A stretch of 5,363 nt of DNA from Promethearchaeia archaeon. GTDB taxonomy: Archaea; Asgardarchaeota; Lokiarchaeia; Sigyniarchaeales; SOKP01. The notes under the pieces were generated by a model that worked only from the letters and a program-made list of their open reading frames with translations, did no database searches and was not told where the DNA came from. A program made the position numbers and the translations under genes. The DNA lies in contig JAWOFX010000023.1 of the NCBI GenBank assembly GCA_046497275.1, positions 1 through 5,363 of the forward strand, written 5' to 3'. Below, piece after piece: positions 1-5,363 of this stretch. The number at the start of each line of letters is the position of its first letter. Position 1 is the first letter of the stretch.

Positions 1-1092
1 TATATTAGAAACTCTTCCTTGCCCTGTTTCATTTAAAACTTTATAATTAAGAAGTTTTGAGGCATTAGCTATACCTGAAAAATATTTATACTCTGGAATA
101 TAAAATTCTGGAAAAAATCGTGAAAATGAATTTATTGAAATATTTGGATCTTTATTTGTTTTTTTATGATATTTTACCCTCAAATCATATAGTCCCAAAT
201 TATCTTCTGTTATTTGGTGATTAAATGAATGGAAAATATCTTTTTCCAAATGATAAGAAAAACCTACTAAATCATCCTCATAAAATAATTGATACCACAA
301 TTTATCAATTTCAAGCGGAGAAAAAGATACTGAAGAATTTATAACAATAGATGTTTCTGGTTTTGAAACATTAAAAGTACATAATTTTATTGAATAATTA
401 CCCGGATTTATATCAGGTTCAAAAATATCTGAATGAGTGAAATTTTTCGAAATCTTAATTTCAATAGGATTGGACGAGTTATAAGGATATTTTCCTGTCC
501 CAGATATAACTGAAGCTAATAAGGTTCCATGGCCATTATCATCCTCTGCCGTATCCGATACGTTAATAAAATTAATATCCTCTATGATTTTATCAGTTAG
601 ATACTCATGAGATCCATCTATTCCGGTATCTAACAAGGCAATAGAAGCTTCAGTATCACCATTAAAGCCTAAGGCACCATCCGAAATATCGAAGGATCCC
701 GTTTGGATGGATGCATAATTCATCTGAGCATCGATAATACTATTTGATTCTACATATATATCCTCATAAAGATTTTCAAATAGAGTTTTATTATCTTCAG
801 AAGGCATTATACCGTAAAATCCGCTAAAAGATTCAAAAGACTCATTCCATCGCCCTATAATAGTCCCTCCATATATTTTAAAATTTTGTTCAATATCTTT
901 ATCATAAGAACTTGTTTTAAGGAATACAATCACATTTGGGTTATATTTTTCATCTGATGATCTAATATTAAAATCATTAATTCTTTCAGTACCATAATCG
1001 TTTAAGAAAGAACTAATATTTGGAAATATCATGATTAAAATTGATAAAATAATAAGAGATAACAAAAAAATTGATTTTATCTTAAGCCTCAT
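1..1092 (-). CDS. Secreted subtilisin-like serine peptidase (family S8) with signal peptide and I9-type propeptide; 5' 364 codons only, runs off the window
   Basis: Manual translation from ATG at 1092 is open to position 1: MRLKIKSIFLLSLIILSILIMIFPNISS... (basic n-region plus hydrophobic stretch). An I9-like propeptide follows at aa ~51-123 (NPNVIVFLK...YGGTII...FSGFYGIM...IYVESNSIIDAQ). Catalytic Asp motif IALLDTGIDGSH (D155, nt 628-630), catalytic His motif DDNGHGTLLASVISG (H188, nt 529-531), then SGIANASKLLNYKVLNETGQG, matching the subtilase GVAPxAxLxxxKVLxxxGxG motif. The D-to-H spacing of 33 aa matches subtilisin D32/H64. Absent from the ORF track, probably because its stop lies outside the window. 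The catalytic Ser is not visible. Confidence 0.93.
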   Translation of the reverse strand, partial: MRLKIKSIFLLSLIILSILIMIFPNISSFLNDYGTERINDFNIRSSDEKYNPNVIVFLKTSSYDKDIEQNFKIYGGTIIGRWNESFESFSGFYGIMPSEDNKTLFENLYEDIYVESNSIIDAQMNYASIQTGSFDISDGALGFNGDTEASIALLDTGIDGSHEYLTDKIIEDINFINVSDTAEDDNGHGTLLASVISGTGKYPYNSSNPIEIKISKNFTHSDIFEPDINPGNYSIKLCTFNVSKPETSIVINSSVSFSPLEIDKLWYQLFYEDDLVGFSYHLEKDIFHSFNHQITEDNLGLYDLRVKYHKKTNKDPNISINSFSRFFPEFYIPEYKYFSGIANASKLLNYKVLNETGQGRVSNI

Positions 1093-4000
1093 TTTTGCAC
1101 CTCCGTTTTATTATTGGAAGATATAGATTTATCATTATTAGTTAGATACTCTTTCAAATCTACTTCGATGTTCAAAATAGTGTCTCTAGATGTTAAATGT
1201 AAGATTCTAATCTCATTTCGTTCAATTTCTTGCCTTTTTTGTTCATTTCTTTTTACATAAATTCCATAATAGATTATAATAGCTAACCCTATAATGGCTG
1301 GAAGCAATAAAAATAAGTATTGAGTATTTAATGGTTGAATAACTTTTATTTGTAATTCATTGGAACTTGATTTTTGTTCGAATAGGTAATAATACTCAAT
1401 TGAAGCACCTTGAAGAGTACTGATTGCTTGAGTTTTAGCCTTTAATGTATAATTAAAGTTGAGTATTTGATTTGGATTAATTATCGGAATCTTATAGATT
1501 AATCTTCCATCAATTAAAGAAAAACCATCTTGCGGAAATCCTAGCATATCATTGATATTCAATTCTTTTATACAGATTGTTCCTGTATTTTCAATTTTAA
1601 TATTTACAGTAATTATATCTCCAATTTCAACTTGGTTTTTATTTACTGTCTTTATAATGCTAAAATTTATTTTTCCTATAATTAATGGTCTCGATTTTCT
1701 AATTTGAATTAAATTATTACTTTTGGGTGATACAAAGTTAATTGCGGGATAAAAATATCCTTTCCAATCAGTCTTATTTATAATTATTTTTTGGGATTTT
1801 GTTATATTATAAGTAATATTATTAAAAACTAATAATCCATCATCTATTCTTTTTAAGTCTCCATATATATCTCTGGTAGATATACTAATATTTTTCAAAC
1901 TTGAATCTTCTCTACCAACATTTTTAACATTCAAAGTGATATTAAATAAATCAAGAATTTCTGGATTTATATCTGACGTATTTAGACAAATATCTATTAT
2001 GTTTAAATGAGGATAGTGGGAATTATAATCAACTGGTGCATTATGAAATATATCTTCAGGATTTGATGATAGTGATTTTAAATTTTTATTATCAGAGATA
2101 ATGCTATTATTATATTTTACATTTATATCATCCATAATACCTGAGTTCGGTATATAAAAGGAGAACTGAACATATTTCTCTTCTGAGGGCTTTAATTTGT
2201 TATATTTTAATATTAAGTGATTATTAATAATTGAAAAATTATTCTGATTATCTAATATTCCAGGAATTGGCACTTCGAGTGAAATATTTTTAGCAGTCTC
2301 ACAGCCAATATTTTTAACAAGTATACTATAATTAACTGATTCACCGGGAATTGTAGTATAATTCGATAATTCAGCAAAACAGACTAATGAGGCCATATTC
2401 TCAGTACTCAGAGTAATTGAATTTGAATAAGAATAATATCTCACACTCCCGTTTTCAGATGAGTACTTTATATTAGTTTGCATATTGTATGGATTAACAT
2501 CCCTATCTTCAAAAAAAATATCAATATTATCTATAGAAATATTAAAGGTATCCGAATCTTGATTTCGGATCCTAAAAATCATTGAATAATCTCCCTTTTG
2601 GCTGTCTTGGAACAACCAATCAATACTGTCATTATATTTAGTGATAGAAAAAATTCTGGTACTATTTTCGCTCACTCTTAAGTAAGGTTGTAGATTTTGG
2701 TATTCTTCTGATTGAAAATCAAAAATTTCGAATTGGGTACCTCCGGAAGAATCAGTAAGATTGATTTCAATTGAAACTCTATCAATTGAATTATTTACTA
2801 AATTAATTAATGAATTATTTGTAGCTAAAAATTGTACTTCAACTTGTTGTTCCAGATCTTCCTGCTGAGATAAAATAATCCAACTTTTATTATCATTATT
2901 TAAAGCCATTTCAGGAGTAGTTGAACCATATTCCTCCCCAACTATAATATTAGGTAAATTTTCTTCGGAATCAATGGTAAAATTTATCATATGAAATTTT
3001 GTAAAGGAATCTAAATTAGAAATAGAATAATTTTCAGATAAATACGATATTTCTTTACCAGGGTCCAATTTCCAATTTTCATTATTCCAAACACTATATA
3101 GATTTGTAAAGGCTGATTTTAAATCATTTTTTGACATTCCCAAATTAATAATTAATGTTGGATATCCTTCTGGATGAGCAAGAATATCTATTACCTCATT
3201 CATTTTTTCATTATATGGATACAAGTTAGTAATATTAAAGGGATCGGGGAAATAATAATCAGCAGCGCCATCTCCATATGTATCAAAGGAAAATATTTTT
3301 GGATCCTCATCAAAATTGAAAAATTCCTCCAATGAGTTATATTCTGTATATTCTTGACCCACGATTTCCCATATTGTTTCTTTCAATTCTTCAGCGTATA
3401 AAGGATTACCTCCTTCTAGATATACCAATATTGGGAAAATATCATCTAATGTAATAGGGATAATCGTTGGAACACCCCAAGCGGTTTCATTACCTACATT
3501 AGTGGCTGTAATATTAAAATTAAATTCCCTATAAGCGCCATATGTTGCATTCTCTCCAATCAATTGTGTCTGAATTTTGACATTTGGGTTAGAACCAAAG
3601 AATTTATATGAAAAAGAATAATCATCTAATGGTTCTAATATGCCTGCCGGATATCCTTGGATACCGGTGAAACCTAGCAAAGGAAGGAAGTTAATAATAT
3701 CATAATCATCCCGTAAATTAACAGGATTAACATAATTTTGTTTTAAACCTCCATCATCTCTCCATATCAATTCGAAAGAATAATTCTCCAAGGTTTGGAT
3801 GTCAAAATCAATATCGGCTAAATATAGAATTAATCCAAGTTGATCTAAAAGTTGCTGATTAAATTCTGAATATTTAGGGTAAATGTTTGTGATCTCTGAA
3901 CAGAGAACGTTTGTATCTAAAGCAGTTAAAAAGGTCCCCATTAGATTATTATAAATTTTATCGCTGGGCTTTAAAGAACTTTCCATATAATTTAATGAAT

Positions 4001-5030
4001 TAAATAGATCAAATTGATACTCATGATTATCTATTTTATGGAATCCTTTATTTTGTCCCTCATATTGGACTTCAATTATTGTATAATGAGAATTCTTTTT
4101 CAAGGAGAAGTTTCCAATAGTTTCAGAAATCTGATCTAAAGTTTCAGTAGAGGCACTTTCATTGATACCTATAAATGAACTTAAATTTTCAAATAAATCT
4201 TCATTCTCCTCGAGAATTGTATTGAATTGATCGAATGTATCTTGAAAATTAGTATCTTGTAATAAAGGCGAAATAGCAGCACCAGTATTAAAATCAATTT
4301 GATCATTTCCCATAGCAATTTTTTCTTGGAAAAATTCGGGGTTATTAACTAAGGCATATGAAAGAGAAAGATGTTTACTAGAATAATAACTATAATCCAT
4401 AAGGCGATTAATATCAAAAGCTTTCCAATACCCGTCTTTCGGGATATTACTTGTCATTTCTTCCAATAATATATTCCATTGTGGATAATAACCAGTAAAT
4501 GGAAAAAAGTATGGATCGGATGAATTTACGTTTAAAATATCTATTTTAAATTTTCTTTTAATGATCTCGAAAGCTCGTTCGGCTCTATCTTCCACATCTT
4601 GAGGACTTAATTCTTTATCATAATATAAAAATCCTGCAAATGAGTTAAAATTTGTAGCAAAATAGTCTTCTATGTTTCTTGTCGTTAAAGGGAGGGGAAA
4701 AATTTCTGACTGTATACCATTAGAAGCACTAATAAATATATTACATCGGTAGAAAGCAGGATCACCAGTATCAAAATTATTCAAGATATTTGTATCATTT
4801 GTAAAAATTGAATGTTTATGTAAAGATATATTACTTGCTATGTATGTGTTTATCTGCTCTGCATATAAATCGTTCCCAGCAATATCTGACGTTTTTATTT
4901 TATTAGTTTTTTCATCATTGAGTTGGTTTAGATTAGAACTTTCATAATGTATTGAAAATAAGAAAGGAATGGTAAATAGGAATACCAATGAAAATATGAT
5001 AATTGCTTTTTTTTTAGATTGAAGTATCGT
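1089..5030 (-). CDS. Large secreted, C-terminally membrane-anchored surface (glyco)protein with four DUF11/COG1361-like Ig modules; function unknown
   Basis: The track ORF 1089..4988 (1299 aa, TTG start) stays open upstream to ACG at 5030, adding TILQSKKKAIIIFSL and completing a signal-like N-terminus. Four repeats of the DUF11-type strand motif (track numbering): FNITATNVGNETA (~aa 490), YSILVKNIGCETA (~890), FNITLNVKNVG (~1015), VNIKIENTGTICI (~1130). TM helix YLFLLLPAIIGLAIIIYYGIYV at aa 1224-1245 (nt 1254-1319), followed by KR and a 54-aa tail. About 34 N-x-S/T sequons by manual count. The start position is uncertain (5030, 5027 or 4988). Confidence 0.85.
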   Translation of the reverse strand, partial: TILQSKKKAIIIFSLVFLFTIPFLFSIHYESSNLNQLNDEKTNKIKTSDIAGNDLYAEQINTYIASNISLHKHSIFTNDTNILNNFDTGDPAFYRCNIFISASNGIQSEIFPLPLTTRNIEDYFATNFNSFAGFLYYDKELSPQDVEDRAERAFEIIKRKFKIDILNVNSSDPYFFPFTGYYPQWNILLEEMTSNIPKDGYWKAFDINRLMDYSYYSSKHLSLSYALVNNPEFFQEKIAMGNDQIDFNTGAAISPLLQDTNFQDTFDQFNTILEENEDLFENLSSFIGINESASTETLDQISETIGNFSLKKNSHYTIIEVQYEGQNKGFHKIDNHEYQFDLFNSLNYMESSLKPSDKIYNNLMGTFLTALDTNVLCSEITNIYPKYSEFNQQLLDQLGLILYLADIDFDIQTLENYSFELIWRDDGGLKQNYVNPVNLRDDYDIINFLPLLGFTGIQGYPAGILEPLDDYSFSYKFFGSNPNVKIQTQLIGENATYGAYREFNFNITATNVGNETAWGVPTIIPITLDDIFPILVYLEGGNPLYAEELKETIWEIVGQEYTEYNSLEEFFNFDEDPKIFSFDTYGDGAADYYFPDPFNITNLYPYNEKMNEVIDILAHPEGYPTLIINLGMSKNDLKSAFTNLYSVWNNENWKLDPGKEISYLSENYSISNLDSFTKFHMINFTIDSEENLPNIIVGEEYGSTTPEMALNNDNKSWIILSQQEDLEQQVEVQFLATNNSLINLVNNSIDRVSIEINLTDSSGGTQFEIFDFQSEEYQNLQPYLRVSENSTRIFSITKYNDSIDWLFQDSQKGDYSMIFRIRNQDSDTFNISIDNIDIFFEDRDVNPYNMQTNIKYSSENGSVRYYSYSNSITLSTENMASLVCFAELSNYTTIPGESVNYSILVKNIGCETAKNISLEVPIPGILDNQNNFSIINNHLILKYNKLKPSEEKYVQFSFYIPNSGIMDDINVKYNNSIISDNKNLKSLSSNPEDIFHNAPVDYNSHYPHLNIIDICLNTSDINPEILDLFNITLNVKNVGREDSSLKNISISTRDIYGDLKRIDDGLLVFNNITYNITKSQKIIINKTDWKGYFYPAINFVSPKSNNLIQIRKSRPLIIGKINFSIIKTVNKNQVEIGDIITVNIKIENTGTICIKELNINDMLGFPQDGFSLIDGRLIYKIPIINPNQILNFNYTLKAKTQAISTLQGASIEYYYLFEQKSSSNELQIKVIQPLNTQYLFLLLPAIIGLAIIIYYGIYVKRNEQKRQEIERNEIRILHLTSRDTILNIEVDLKEYLTNNDKSISSNNKTEVQK
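1098..1104 (-). promoter_or_regulatory. Shine-Dalgarno site for the S8 peptidase, embedded in the last codons of the large ORF
   Basis: The minus strand reads GGAGGTG-CAAAA-ATG. GGAGGTG (codons T-E-V of the upstream gene) is complementary to the conserved 16S 3' sequence CACCUCC. The ATG overlaps the upstream TGA (ATGA, 1089-1092). Confidence 0.8.
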
Positions 5031-5035
5031 TTATT

Positions 5036-5043
5036 ACCTCCTT
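5036..5043 (-). promoter_or_regulatory. Shine-Dalgarno site for the large surface protein
   Basis: Directly after the permease TAA (5044-5046), the minus strand reads AAGGAGGT-AATAA-ACG-ATA-CTT-CAA..., in frame with the large ORF. Confidence 0.75.
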
Positions 5044-5363
5044 TTACACAGTTTCTCTATATATTTCGACTATTTTACTTTTCCTCGCTTTCCATAGTAG
5101 CGCTTTCATTCCAAAATAGATGAATAATATTGAAATTCCATAAATTACCAGAAAACTTGTCCACGGAAAATAAAATTGATAAGGTATATTACTCATCAAA
5201 CTTAAACTGGATCCAAAAAGCCAACCAGTTGCGCCACCAACAATTACACCCACTGTACCGCTACTTAACATAATTATCAATGCTTCCACAATGAAAAGCT
5301 TATTTATTTCTTTTCCCTTCAGACCTAAGGTTCTTACTATTCCTATCTCTTTTTTTCTCTCAA
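5044..5363 (-). CDS. FtsX-like (MacB/LolE/SalY family) ABC transporter permease, C-terminal fragment; 5' part outside the window
   Basis: The frame of track ORF 5044..5289 is open to the window edge. The extension reads ERKKEIGIVRTLGLKGKEINKLFIVEALIIMLSSGTVGVIVG, matching the FtsX-domain signature ERxxEIGxxRxLGxxxxxIxxxFxxE. Two hydrophobic helices and a basic end (KARKSKIVEIYRETV*) follow. The track start at 5289 is an internal GTG. Confidence 0.92.
   Translation of the reverse strand, partial: ERKKEIGIVRTLGLKGKEINKLFIVEALIIMLSSGTVGVIVGGATGWLFGSSLSLMSNIPYQFYFPWTSFLVIYGISILFIYFGMKALLWKARKSKIVEIYRETV

Noticed and set aside
1000-1092. Tat or lipoprotein signal on the S8 peptidase
   Set aside because: There is no twin-arginine motif and no lipobox cysteine; it looks like a Sec signal or signal anchor.
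1254-1334. Archaeosortase/exosortase sorting signal (PGF-CTERM, PEP-CTERM)
   Set aside because: No PGF or PEP motif precedes the TM, and the cytoplasmic tail is much longer than in those signals.
1332-3590. BatD/Bat-operon or bona fide S-layer protein assignment for the large ORF
   Set aside because: The resemblance is limited to generic DUF11/Ig strand motifs. No MoxR or vWA genes are visible, and nothing in the sequence shows lattice formation.
5007-5015. A9 homopolymer in the signal-peptide region as a phase-variation or frameshift site
   Set aside because: It simply encodes KKK, and such runs are common at this AT content. An indel would not expose a canonical start either, as no ATG/GTG/TTG lies between the SD and the run in any frame.
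5044-5289. Stand-alone 81-aa membrane protein as given by the ORF track
   Set aside because: The frame is open to the window edge and the upstream codons carry the FtsX signature, so it is the tail of a longer permease.
1-5363. CRISPR arrays, tandem DNA repeats, IS ends, RNA genes, terminators or plus-strand genes
   Set aside because: None seen by eye. The minus-strand CDSs tile the window apart from a 13-nt gap, the track lists no plus-strand ORFs, and the four Ig repeats are recognisable only at protein-motif level.

Overview
AT-rich window (roughly 25-30% GC by eye) fully occupied by three tightly packed minus-strand genes that read as one operon. In transcription order: (1) the 3' end of an FtsX/MacB-family (type VII) ABC permease (5044..>5363); (2) a ~1,310-aa secreted, C-terminally membrane-anchored, sequon-rich surface protein with an unrecognised ~430-aa N-terminal region and four DUF11/COG1361-like Ig modules, the first apparently split by two inserted domains (1089..~5030); (3) the 5' 364 codons of a signal-peptide-bearing subtilase (peptidase S8) with an I9 propeptide, intact Asp and His motifs and a ~130-aa insertion in the catalytic domain (<1..1092), which the ORF track missed. 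Both junctions carry strong Shine-Dalgarno motifs. The large gene appears to start at a non-canonical ACG or ATA codon rather than the TTG used by the track. The overall style suggests an archaeon, possibly Asgard/Lokiarchaeia, but that is inference. I saw no RNA genes, mobile elements or CRISPR arrays.
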